A stretch of DNA of 64,000 nt, from positions 32,001 to 96,000 of IMG/VR virus record IMGVR_UViG_3300046501_000233; one strand, given 5' to 3'. The stretch is from a virus. How positions within the stretch are numbered: position 1 is the stretch's first letter; each line of letters starts with the position of its first letter. The position numbers and the translations under genes are program-made. Positions 45,382 to 54,101 of this stretch are shown here, piece after piece. Below the pieces are notes generated by a model. The model was not told where the DNA came from. It did not search any database and saw nothing but the letters and a program-made list of their open reading frames with translations.

Positions 45382-46005
45382 ATGTCTAAGACCACCGCAG
45401 TCAAGGCTACGACTCCGTCTGTCATCACCCTCCTGACCTCGGTCAAGGCGATCGAAACGGCGCTCGATAGCATCAAGAAGCGCGGCGACGAATTGCAGCG
45501 CGATACCCACGTCGCGGCGTGCTCGATCCTCCAGCATGTCGGCAAGCATAAGGACGTGCGCCTCATCACCCGGCTGCTCGACAGCCTGCCCAACATGACG
45601 CGCAAGAATGCCGTCAAGGCATGGTTCGAGGAGTTCGGCCCGGTCGCATTCGACAACGAAGAGGTGCAGTATATCAAGACCGGCAAGACGCGCCTCGGCG
45701 ACGCCATGGGCAACCCGTTCTGGGACTTCCAGCCCGAGAAGCCCTACGTGCCGGTGTCGGTCGAGAAGCTGCTGGCCAGCATGATCAGCAAGCTCACCAA
45801 GGACACCAAGGAAACCGGCGTGCGCCATGACGCGGTTATCCGCGGCCTGACCATGCTCAAGGAAGGCGCTGTGGCTGCCGATACCGTGCAGGCCATGACG
45901 AAGGTTCCGGCACCGCCTGCCACTGTCCCGGCGCCGGCTGCCAAGGACAAGGCCAAGACCACGGTCAAGTCGCTGGCTGACCTCGGACAGGCCATCGCGG
46001 CCTAA
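45382..46005 (+). CDS. conserved early phage protein (first early gene)
   Basis: GGAG RBS; I..SI..RG..L..D.H.AA.S.L.H...H.D..L..RL...P...R.NA...WF..FG; PFWDF.PE. Confidence 0.85.
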   Translation: MSKTTAVKATTPSVITLLTSVKAIETALDSIKKRGDELQRDTHVAACSILQHVGKHKDVRLITRLLDSLPNMTRKNAVKAWFEEFGPVAFDNEEVQYIKTGKTRLGDAMGNPFWDFQPEKPYVPVSVEKLLASMISKLTKDTKETGVRHDAVIRGLTMLKEGAVAADTVQAMTKVPAPPATVPAPAAKDKAKTTVKSLADLGQAIAA

Positions 46006-46075
46006 TCCACCCATCGCCACCCCTGCCGGCAATCCGGTCGGCAGGGATCGACTCTCCCGACGCCAGAGGTGCGCC

Positions 46076-46420
46076 ATGCTCCCATCGCCCAACGTGTTCC
46101 TCCAAGTCCACCACGACGGCGCATGGCTCACCCCTCGCGACAACCACGGCAAGCGGCTGACCTACGTCATGTCGCGGGCTCTGGCGCGTGAGTTCGTCAA
46201 GGCTGGACGCAATGTCCGGCTGGTCTGGATCGAAGGCGGCGCAACCGCTTGGGATCTGCACAACGGCGCCAAGCTCACCCCTCCCCCCTCGCACGTCAAG
46301 GCGAGGCCCCTGCCGGTCATCCGGCTGAAGCATACCCTCGGACGGGTCGGCAAGCTCGACAAGTCCGGCAAGATCGGAAGCTGGCTCGGCCCCATGATGC
46401 GCGGCGCGCCCTCCCTCTAA
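46076..46420 (+). CDS. hypothetical early protein
   Basis: GAGGT RBS in repeated leader. Confidence 0.7.
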   Translation: MLPSPNVFLQVHHDGAWLTPRDNHGKRLTYVMSRALAREFVKAGRNVRLVWIEGGATAWDLHNGAKLTPPPSHVKARPLPVIRLKHTLGRVGKLDKSGKIGSWLGPMMRGAPSL

Positions 46421-46427
46421 TTCCAAT

Positions 46428-46532
46428 CAGGTGACGGTCAGGCGTGAAGGTACGTCCTGATTAACAGGCAATGTGGTCGCAAACGCCGGATGGCTACCAT
46501 GCACGTTCGATCCGTGCCCTGACCGTCACCTG
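46428..46532 (+). ncRNA. tRNA-like structure with 15-bp closing stem
   Basis: CAGGTGACGGTCAGG/CCTGACCGTCACCTG perfect stem stacked on T-arm GCACG-TTCGATC-CGTGC. Confidence 0.7.
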
Positions 46533-46577
46533 CCCCTCTCCGAAACCATCGACTCTCCCAACGCCACAGGTGTGTCC

Positions 46578-46766
46578 ATGATGACCCAGGCTGAAGCACG
46601 TCAACGTCTCTCCATCAACCGCATGTCGCTGCGTCGCTCCCCCGGCGGGGACTGGCGCGTCGCATTCGCCGACATCCGCGATAACGAGGCATCCGCCTAC
46701 TACACGGACGACCTCGAAGACGCGGTCATCACCGGTGCCGATATGCGCCGTCGCAATCGGAGCTGA
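46578..46766 (+). CDS. small hypothetical early protein
   Basis: WRV.F......EA.AYYTDDLEDAV.T pattern; repeated leader. Confidence 0.75.
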   Translation: MMTQAEARQRLSINRMSLRRSPGGDWRVAFADIRDNEASAYYTDDLEDAVITGADMRRRNRS

Positions 46767-46769
46767 CCC

Positions 46770-47208
46770 ATGTCCGCTCAGATCCGCCGCCTCGCGATCG
46801 AGGCAACCATCCTGTCCATCGTCGCAGTCTCCGGCTGGCACTTCGCCGGCTGGCTGCATCAGTTCTGAGATCCGCCATGCGCATTGAACCATTCCGCTCC
46901 GAGGCATCAGCCCAAGCCCTCGCAACACGACTCGAGAAGCTGGGTCGCACTCCCCTCATCGTCACCGGTCCGCCCGATCGGTATGACCGCGTCACCCATT
47001 TCGTGGTATGGTTCGCTCTATGACCAATCCATCGTCTGACGACCTCATCACCAAACGCCGGGAGACCGGCACCGTATCGCTCGACCACCTTATCGGGCAG
47101 ACCGGCTTCCTCGAAGGGAAGCCACGCTCATGGGCCGGTCGTCAGGGTCAGCGCGTGCTGGATGGCTACGAAGCAGCCGAGGCAGAAGCTCTGTCACGCA
47201 AGATGTAG
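46770..47208 (+). CDS. three very small early ORFs (46770-46868, 46877-47023, 47020-47208)
   Basis: Tightly packed, phage-like codon use; first has one TM helix. Confidence 0.5.
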
Positions 47209-47209
47209 T

Positions 47210-47800
47210 TTTCAGGCATATACCAGACCGGGGTTTGGAGTATCCGAGTAGCGATTGATCTCTTGGACCCACCATATCTTGTGTTTGAGGCCTGAGAATA
47301 CCCCGTAATTGCAATTCGCCTTTTATGGCGAGGGTAAGAAGTTGATGACGGACCATCAGCTTGTTCTCGCTGAAAGCCTAATCACAGGTGCTGTTCTGGC
47401 TCTGTAGTGAGGCTTACGGCCACATGAGCTACCTGTCCCCCAGTTCAATGGGACCGGCTCTGTACCCTGTCTATGCCCCTCCTACGGTATGTCTCTCTTG
47501 GGGCCGGTTAGCGCGGGCGGCCCAGGAAATTTGGGGCTTTCTGCGCTTTCGTCTCTGGCTGGTTTGTGAGGCGCGACGACCTCGATACTGTCGATGCCAC
47601 CCTTGGGTCTGGCATCTGCGTGGCTCTCTCCGGCTGGCTCTTCCCCTTGGGGTTTGCTCTGTCCGGCGGCCCTCGAAAAATCCCCTCGGCGATCGAATTA
47701 ATTCGCGGCTGGGGAATTACGACCCGAATTATTCGGGAATTGTTTTGGGCTTTTCAGCCCCTTGCGTAGGTATTTAGAGACCGCCTGAAGCGTCTCTGGA
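47210..47800. other. ~600-bp non-coding hairpin- and repeat-rich island
   Basis: More than ten hairpins, GGCTCT/GTCTCT repeats, GAATTA palindromes, T-skewed + strand. Confidence 0.7.
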
Positions 47801-47835
47801 AGCATCCCTTATCCCACACAACTGCGGCAAATGTA

Positions 47836-47905
47836 TGTTTGCATTTTCACTTGCGCTTCGAAAGCGCATGGTGCAAATGCATGTCGCCGCCAATGCAAAT
47901 GCAAG
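47836..47905 (+). promoter_or_regulatory. TTTGCA/TGCAAA box cluster / probable promoter
   Basis: GCATTTTCACTTGCG resembles 44482-44496; TGCAAATGCA twice. Confidence 0.65.
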
Positions 47906-47954
47906 CCGAGGCCGTCGAGAGTGGCGAGCGCTCCGCGCTGAAGGAGAGAGTCCG

Positions 47955-48335
47955 ATGACCGCTACCGTTGAACTGAGCATCCTGCGTGAGATCCATCGCA
48001 TGGTGTCCAGCCCCCTGACCTGGACCCAGGGCGGATGCGCCCGCAATGCCCAAGGCAAGGTAATCGACCCCTTCAAGCCGGAGGCAGTCTGCTTCTGCGT
48101 GTTCGGCGCGTCAGTCGTGGCGCAGAAGGGTTCGCATACAAACGGCGGCGCCTTCAGCCGCATCGAGAAGGCCGCCGAGCAGCTCTATCGATACCCCAAG
48201 CCGATCGCCATCAACGATGGCCGCCTGCGCGTCAAGGATGATCCCCACACGGCGATCGTGAACTGCATCAACCTCGCCATTTCCCAAGCCGAAGCTGAAA
48301 TCGCCGCTGAAAATGCGGCGAGCGCTTCGCACTGA
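47955..48335 (+). CDS. WTQ..CFC..GA..ND family protein (DUF6197-like), paralog 1
   Basis: WTQG..AR, AVCFCVFGA, INDG, H..IV.....AI. Confidence 0.8.
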   Translation: MTATVELSILREIHRMVSSPLTWTQGGCARNAQGKVIDPFKPEAVCFCVFGASVVAQKGSHTNGGAFSRIEKAAEQLYRYPKPIAINDGRLRVKDDPHTAIVNCINLAISQAEAEIAAENAASASH

Positions 48336-48701
48336 CAGGAGAAAGCTATGCCGAGAAGATCACCGCAACGACATCGGTTCAGTACCGGGCGCTTGGTGAG
48401 CGCTGCCATCTGTCGCCGCCATGTTTGAGCGTGCGTTCATACCGTGCCGGCGGTGGCCACCGGTCAAGCCAACTCACATAGCACCCCTATGTTTCGGTGC
48501 AGCCTATTCAAGCCACGGTCCCGCAACCATTGCCCGACCTTTCCACGCTGACGCACGACCACGCCACGGTCACAAAACATCCGGCCGTTCGAGGCACGTA
48601 AGCCTCCAGCCCACGAAGGAGCTGAGATCCTGAGCAGCCCGGCGGGAGCTGAGATCCCGCCAACAATTGCAGCGAGCGCTTCGCACTAACCGGAGAGAGC
48701 A

Positions 48702-49073
48702 ATGACCACCAATCCCCGCATCAGAAGAATCCTGATCGATGCCCGCACCCTCGTGGCCAACCCCATGACGTGGACAACCCACAATCTGGCCATCGACTCG
48801 AAGGGTAACGCCTGCAACGTCGACGATCCCGATGCGCAGTGCTTCTGCGCCCTCGGTGCGGTCAACCGCAGCGCTCCGAACAACAACATCGGCGATGAGG
48901 CCTGGGAATTTGTGCGGAAGGCCGCACAGGATCTCTACGACTGCCGCTATCCCGTAGACCTCAACGACGGAACACACGAGGTGGACGAAGCGCCGCGCCG
49001 CGCCATCGTCAACGTCTTCAACCGCGCCATCGAGATTGTCGATACGCCGGCCGGCTGGAGCCATGCGTCATGA
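48702..49073 (+). CDS. DUF6197-like protein, paralog 2
   Basis: WTT, AQCFCALGA, LNDG, IV.VFNRAI. Confidence 0.8.
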   Translation: MTTNPRIRRILIDARTLVANPMTWTTHNLAIDSKGNACNVDDPDAQCFCALGAVNRSAPNNNIGDEAWEFVRKAAQDLYDCRYPVDLNDGTHEVDEAPRRAIVNVFNRAIEIVDTPAGWSHAS

Positions 49074-49441
49074 GTGCGACCGTCGAGACCCTGATCAGCG
49101 CTCGCGCCATCATCGCCGATCCAGTCAAATGGACGCAACACGACTATGCAAAGGACGCCAGCGGCAACGGCGTTCCACCTCATTCTCACTCTGCGGTCTG
49201 CTTCTGTGCAGGCGGTGCGATCGACAAGACCAGCCCGAGCTGCGTCGCCGCGTGGGATAGTCGCACCGCTCTGCAACAGGCAGCCGTGGATCTGTACGGC
49301 GTCGACTCATTCGTCAAAGTCAACGACGGAGAGTGGGCGGTTGAGGGTATGACTCCGCACGAAGCCATCCTGAAGACCTTCGACCGCGCCATTGAGATGG
49401 CAAAGGCTGAAGCACAGGACACTGAGCCGGAGGTCGTCTGA
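49070..49441 (+). CDS. DUF6197-like protein, paralog 3
   Basis: WTQ, AVCFCAGGA, VNDG, HEAIL..FDRAI. Confidence 0.8.
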   Translation: MSATVETLISARAIIADPVKWTQHDYAKDASGNGVPPHSHSAVCFCAGGAIDKTSPSCVAAWDSRTALQQAAVDLYGVDSFVKVNDGEWAVEGMTPHEAILKTFDRAIEMAKAEAQDTEPEVV

Positions 49442-49677
49442 TGCCCTTTTATCAGGTCTGCGGACAAACCGACATGGACGAGCCGGTCGATTGCTTCGTT
49501 GTTGCGGAGACTCCGCAGCGTGCGGTCGCACTGACCCTCGAACACGAGAAGCTGACTGCCGACGACTTCGATATGGACCTCGGCGTCTACGAATTTCCCA
49601 TGGTTACGCTGCCCGAGCACTACCGGGACTGCGTGATCGAGGACCACCTCATCAACCTCACCGAGGTCACCCCATGA
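49441..49677 (+). CDS. small acidic hypothetical protein
   Basis: Coupled TGATG junction, GGAGG RBS. Confidence 0.7.
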   Translation: MPFYQVCGQTDMDEPVDCFVVAETPQRAVALTLEHEKLTADDFDMDLGVYEFPMVTLPEHYRDCVIEDHLINLTEVTP

Positions 49678-50081
49678 CAATCGAGGCCAGGGATCTGCAA
49701 GCGAGCCTGCGTCTCGCGGCGAGGCTGATGAAGCGCCGTGTGCAACTGGTCTGCGACACCGATGACATCGTCGCCGGACTCCGGAACTGGCACTATGACC
49801 AACTGGGTGTCACATGGACCGCCGACGCCGAGCGTGGCCGCAATGGCTATGCCTGCTACTATTTCGCCAACTTCCGCCGGCTTCCGTGCGGCAAGAAGGG
49901 CAACGGCGCCATCGCTCTGCGTCAACTTTGCGAGCTGATGGACGCTCTCAATCTGCCCATCACACTGCAGAGCACTCCCGGTCTGTTCGACTGGTATCCC
50001 CAGTTCGGCTTCGTCCGCGCTGACACCGAGTTCGGCTTCTATCGGCTTCCGCCTCGGCTCGCCATGGCGGAGGCCGCGTGA
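49674..50081 (+). CDS. GNAT-like N-acetyltransferase
   Basis: KKGNG...L..L....D.....I.L and L.DWY..FGF motifs. Confidence 0.65.
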   Translation: MTIEARDLQASLRLAARLMKRRVQLVCDTDDIVAGLRNWHYDQLGVTWTADAERGRNGYACYYFANFRRLPCGKKGNGAIALRQLCELMDALNLPITLQSTPGLFDWYPQFGFVRADTEFGFYRLPPRLAMAEAA

Positions 50082-50266
50082 TGCTGCACTACGCCCTCAG
50101 TGCCAATGAGCGGCTGGTCTATGGCTTCACCGGCCCCAAGTCCGAGCAGTCGGACATGATCTGCGACACGGGCGACCAGCGCGCCCGGTCAACCTGCATC
50201 GAACCCCTCGTCACCTGTCCCAAATGCGCCCGGCGGCTCGCCCTGATGCGCGGCAGAAAGCACTGA
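50078..50266 (+). CDS. small Cys-rich (zinc-binding) protein
   Basis: H, C, VTCPKC. Confidence 0.6.
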   Translation: MMLHYALSANERLVYGFTGPKSEQSDMICDTGDQRARSTCIEPLVTCPKCARRLALMRGRKH

Positions 50267-50267
50267 C

Positions 50268-50720
50268 ATGCCATTCCTCTTCGATCACACCCCGACCGCG
50301 CAGGAAGTCTTTGACGAGGCCTGCAACTATTTCGCTACCTCAGCCGGACCATCGCGAACGGCGAGAGTGCCAAGCGCTGGCATTAACGATCGCTGTCTGT
50401 ATCGCGGCCCGGATGACCGCTGCTGCGTGGCCGGCCACTTCCTGCCGGACGGCCCATACCTCAAGAAGATGGACGAGACCGATAATTCGGCGATCTTCAC
50501 ATTCATCAACGACGCCAATTACGACGAGTTTCTGCCGTCATGGTTCTCTCAGCACCGGCACCTGCTGACATCCCTGCAGAACGTCCATGACGATCATTCG
50601 AACTGGGACAGATCGGCTCCCGGAATTGGCTGGCACCGCCAAAACATCTTCCGCGATCTGATCAATGTCGCTGCAGACCACAGCGTGGATGCAGGCAAGG
50701 CGCGGGAGCTGGCGGCATGA
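50268..50720 (+). CDS. conserved hypothetical phage protein
   Basis: QEVFD, C.YRG....C..G..LPD, LL..LQ.VHD. Confidence 0.75.
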   Translation: MPFLFDHTPTAQEVFDEACNYFATSAGPSRTARVPSAGINDRCLYRGPDDRCCVAGHFLPDGPYLKKMDETDNSAIFTFINDANYDEFLPSWFSQHRHLLTSLQNVHDDHSNWDRSAPGIGWHRQNIFRDLINVAADHSVDAGKARELAA

Positions 50721-51070
50721 AGACGATCACCGCCCTCACTGCGGCTCGCGATCTGCTGCAAGACATCAACAAGTGGACCCAGAAGGCCGGTGCTCGCACC
50801 GACTTCGGCGCAACCATCCACCCGGCACACGATAACGCTTCCTGTTTCTGCTCCGGCGGCGCATTGGAGCGCATCGTGATCAGCCGCTCCGGCGAGGTCG
50901 GTGGCGCATTCCATCGCAGCGGCTGGCGGCTCGATCAGGCGGCGCGGCTGCTCGGATATCGCGGCTACATCCACCTCAACGACGACACGTCGAAGCCGAG
51001 GGAAGAGCAGCATGCGCTGGTCATCCGCATGTTCGACATGGCGATCACCACTGAGGCGGCGCACTCGTGA
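50717..51070 (+). CDS. DUF6197-like protein, paralog 4
   Basis: WTQ..GAR, ASCFCSGGA, LNDD, H..V...FD.AI. Confidence 0.8.
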   Translation: MKTITALTAARDLLQDINKWTQKAGARTDFGATIHPAHDNASCFCSGGALERIVISRSGEVGGAFHRSGWRLDQAARLLGYRGYIHLNDDTSKPREEQHALVIRMFDMAITTEAAHS

Positions 51071-52256
51071 GCGCGATGATCTGCATCCAAAGTGATGAAG
51101 AGGCCAGCGACTTGATCGCATGGCTTGATCATCACCCTCAGCCGGAGGACTTCGACGGACCCAACGTCGAGGAATTGTACGGCGAAGCCACCCGCGAGGC
51201 GGCGCAAGCCTGGCTTCAGATGATGCGGGACACCGGCGAAGGCCCGGACAGCTATCCGATCCACGCACCCATCCCGCTCCGGCTGATCCCCGTGATCGAT
51301 GCCGTCATTGACGACTGGGCCGAGGTTCTCGGCTCACACAACGAAGAGACCTACACCCACACCGTCCACGCAGCCGAGGCTGAGCCATGAAAATCGAGAT
51401 CGTCTACATCGAGAGCGGCAAGACCAAGACCTTCGAGACGCACAACTGCGATCAGGCGCTGAAGTTCATCGACATCCAGGCGCCGATCAAGATCCTCGCC
51501 ATCCGCACGTCGGGTCCAACGAAATGACGGACAAGGCGCAGGTTGCCCTCTCCATTCTGCGAGAGGGGTTCGCGAAGGTCGACAATGGCCAGATGGCGCT
51601 GAAGGAAGCCGGCGCCTGGATGTACGAGCAGGCAGTCGAGTTCGGCATCCCGCACGAAGCATGGACAGCAGCGTGGCGCATGTGGATGCCGGGCAATGTC
51701 CATCAAATCGGGACTCCGATGTCATGAGCGGCATCTACTCCGACAACCGGTTCAACGACAGCCGGATGTCCCAATATTCGCACAAGGCACCGCTCGGCCC
51801 GCACGGCCGGCGCGCCTTCTTCTCGGTCAACACCAAGGTGCTGTCGGCCTATCCAGGCTGGCACTCCGTCCACATGCACGCTGACTACGCCTATTCGGTC
51901 GACTGCTCCACCCGCGACGTTCTGGGCTGCATCGCTCAGATGCAGGCGGAGTGGGAAGCCGAACTGACGGCGAGGTACGGCGGCGGGAGGATTTCATGAC
52001 GGAAAAACTGGTTAGCGTCGCCATCAAGCGCAATGGCGAGATCCACTCCGGCGGCTTCAAGGAGCATTGGCGGGTCCGCGCCGCGCTCGGCGATGCCGAT
52101 CCCTACGCCAAGAACAGGACCGACGAGAACGGCTTCCTTACCAGCGAAGGTCGCTTCGTCGGCCGCTGGGAGGCGGGAGACATCGCAGCACTGGCCGGAC
52201 AGATCAGTCGACCGATGGGTCGTGAGTTGCTGTCCGCCGACATCGACAAGTGGTGA
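51067..52256 (+). CDS. five coupled small hypothetical ORFs (51067-51390, 51387-51527, 51524-51727, 51724-51999, 51996-52256)
   Basis: Consecutive ATGA/GTGA overlaps; last has GFLTS.GRFV.R.EA..IA..AGQ....L.S.D.W phage motif. Confidence 0.7.
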
Positions 52257-52259
52257 CCC

Positions 52260-52541
52260 ATGCGACCGATCTCATTCGAAGAAGCCAAGCGGCGCTATCC
52301 CCATCGCTTCACGATGGAATACGTCCCCGCGTGGTCACGGCATCCGCTACCTCCCCGCGCTGACGGCACCGAGCGCCACTATGCGCCGCAATATCGCACT
52401 GACCGCGAATGGTACGACAAGACGCTCTTCCCAGGCGAAGGGCATGTCAGTCGCCGCGACAGGCACTGTTACTCCGCCGGCCAATCGTTTCCGGTCGGCC
52501 TGTTCCTCACCGAACCATACCGCATGGGATTTCACCGATGA
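52260..52541 (+). CDS. conserved hypothetical phage protein
   Basis: Y.HRFT.E.VPAW, YAPQY..D.EWY..T.F. Confidence 0.75.
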   Translation: MRPISFEEAKRRYPHRFTMEYVPAWSRHPLPPRADGTERHYAPQYRTDREWYDKTLFPGEGHVSRRDRHCYSAGQSFPVGLFLTEPYRMGFHR

Positions 52542-53044
52542 AGCTCTACAGCGTCAACATCAAGATCTGCGCAACGGCTTACATCCATGCGGATACGCCG
52601 GAACAGGCGATGCAGATCGCAAGGGACATGCAGAACGACTGCCTCGAAGTCCGTGAGGACTGGGATGGTGAGGTGCCCATCACCGGCGCTCAGTATGACG
52701 ACCCTGATCTTCCGGAGGTTAGCCTGTCGCCGGCCATGACCATTCACGGCGTCTTCGATGACGAAGAGGAAGCTGAAGAGGTTCACGACTTCGGAGAAGC
52801 GTTTGCCGTAGGCGACAGCGTCGTCATCTTGGTCGAGGCCACGGGTGCCGACCACGAGGACATTGAGCACACGATCGGTGCCGGCGCGATCGGCAAGATC
52901 GATAGCATCGATGGCGACGCCTATACGGTTGTGATCCCGGTGGATGCTGGCGATGAGCGTCACATTGTCAATGTGTTCGACGAAGAGGACGGCCCGATCA
53001 CCGCGTTTCTAGCTCACGAGGAAGAGAGCGATGCGGTTTCCTGA
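52538..53044 (+). CDS. acidic hypothetical protein
   Basis: Coupled start; ATAYI.A, SLSPAMTIHG. Confidence 0.7.
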   Translation: MKLYSVNIKICATAYIHADTPEQAMQIARDMQNDCLEVREDWDGEVPITGAQYDDPDLPEVSLSPAMTIHGVFDDEEEAEEVHDFGEAFAVGDSVVILVEATGADHEDIEHTIGAGAIGKIDSIDGDAYTVVIPVDAGDERHIVNVFDEEDGPITAFLAHEEESDAVS

Positions 53045-53891
53045 AGGCTTCAAGCCACCATCGGACGAGACCATCGCCCGCGTCAACAATCCCGACACGT
53101 TCGTGGTTGCGACGTGGAACGGCATTCCGGCTGACAACAGCGGACGTCGGCTCGTGATGTACCTCACGGATCAGATGAACGCGATGGGGATGCTCAATCG
53201 GTGGAGCCCCTGGCGTAGCGATGCGCAGCAGTATGCGAGCGCGGATGATGCTGAACAGGTGCGTCTGGCGATCAAGCTGCCGCACCTGCGCGAACTCGCG
53301 AAGGTCTACCGCAACACCGAGGCCCACGTCATGACGGGCGGCCTAGAAGGATACGAACTGACATGAGAGCGAGCAAAGCTGAGATCCTGATCCTGAGAAA
53401 TCAGGTGCAGATCATGACTTCGCTGTCGTTGATTATGCAGCGGCAGAAGGTGCAACTGAAGGAGCGCGGCGTCCACACTGGCGACGAGCACGCCATGCTG
53501 ACCGGCTCCATCAGTGAAACGCTGCGCGAGGTCGCCGACGCGAAGACATGGGCGGACTGACATGAGCATCAGAGCGTTGATAGTGCGCGTTCCTGATATC
53601 GGCGAAACCTTCACCATCGCCGACAAGTATTCGGCGCACCGTTACCGTGTAACTGGATGGATGCGCCGCTCACGCCGGCATTCGCTGATCGCAGGAACCT
53701 TCGGTCCTGACAACGTACAGCTGGAATGGTGTATCCGCGACGCCGCTGAGTACATCACCGGCTATGGCGTCTGCGGCATCATTCGGCGCGTCGGCGACGT
53801 CCATATCGACGGTCGAGTGAGCTGGACGCCAGCCATTCTCGCGGAGGAGAAAGCGCAGGCGATGCGCCTTGTAGGAGAGCGACTGTACTAG
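53031..53891 (+). CDS. three hypothetical ORFs (53031-53366, 53363-53560, 53562-53891)
   Basis: Coupled/adjacent ORFs with RBS. Confidence 0.65.
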
Positions 53892-54101
53892 ACACAAGAG
53901 ATAGCCGGAAGGATTCCCCCGTCCGCCGGCTCTGCTGCACCCCAAAGGATGCAGTGCGGTTGGAGGGAAACCTGCTTCGCTGACGCCAGTCTCCAGCTGG
54001 CTGTAGGGCGAGGTGGTGGAGAGAGCACTCGCGAACCGCACCAATTCAATCGGCGCCACAGGTGCGCCTTCTCGCCTGCTTGCATGCGAACGGAGATCGA
54101 A

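Noticed and set aside
45382-46005. Calling the first early gene T5 A2
   Set aside because: Sequence does not match my recollection of A2; left as conserved hypothetical
46455-46470. Ochre-suppressor (UUA anticodon) reading of the tRNA-like element
   Set aside because: Loop lacks U33, no free CCA end, and TAA is used as a normal stop throughout the window; no sign of recoding
47809-47818. DnaA box TTATCCCACA
   Set aside because: One-base insertion relative to TTATCCACA and only a single copy
38227-53891. CsrA-like fragments in ORFs 38227-38454 (IRINAPEV) and 53562-53891 (LIVR..IGETFTIAD)
   Set aside because: Only short partial resemblance; neither has the full CsrA pattern
53900-54010. Cobalamin riboswitch-like words
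   Set aside because: Conserved B12-box and GCCACTG/ACTGT elements absent
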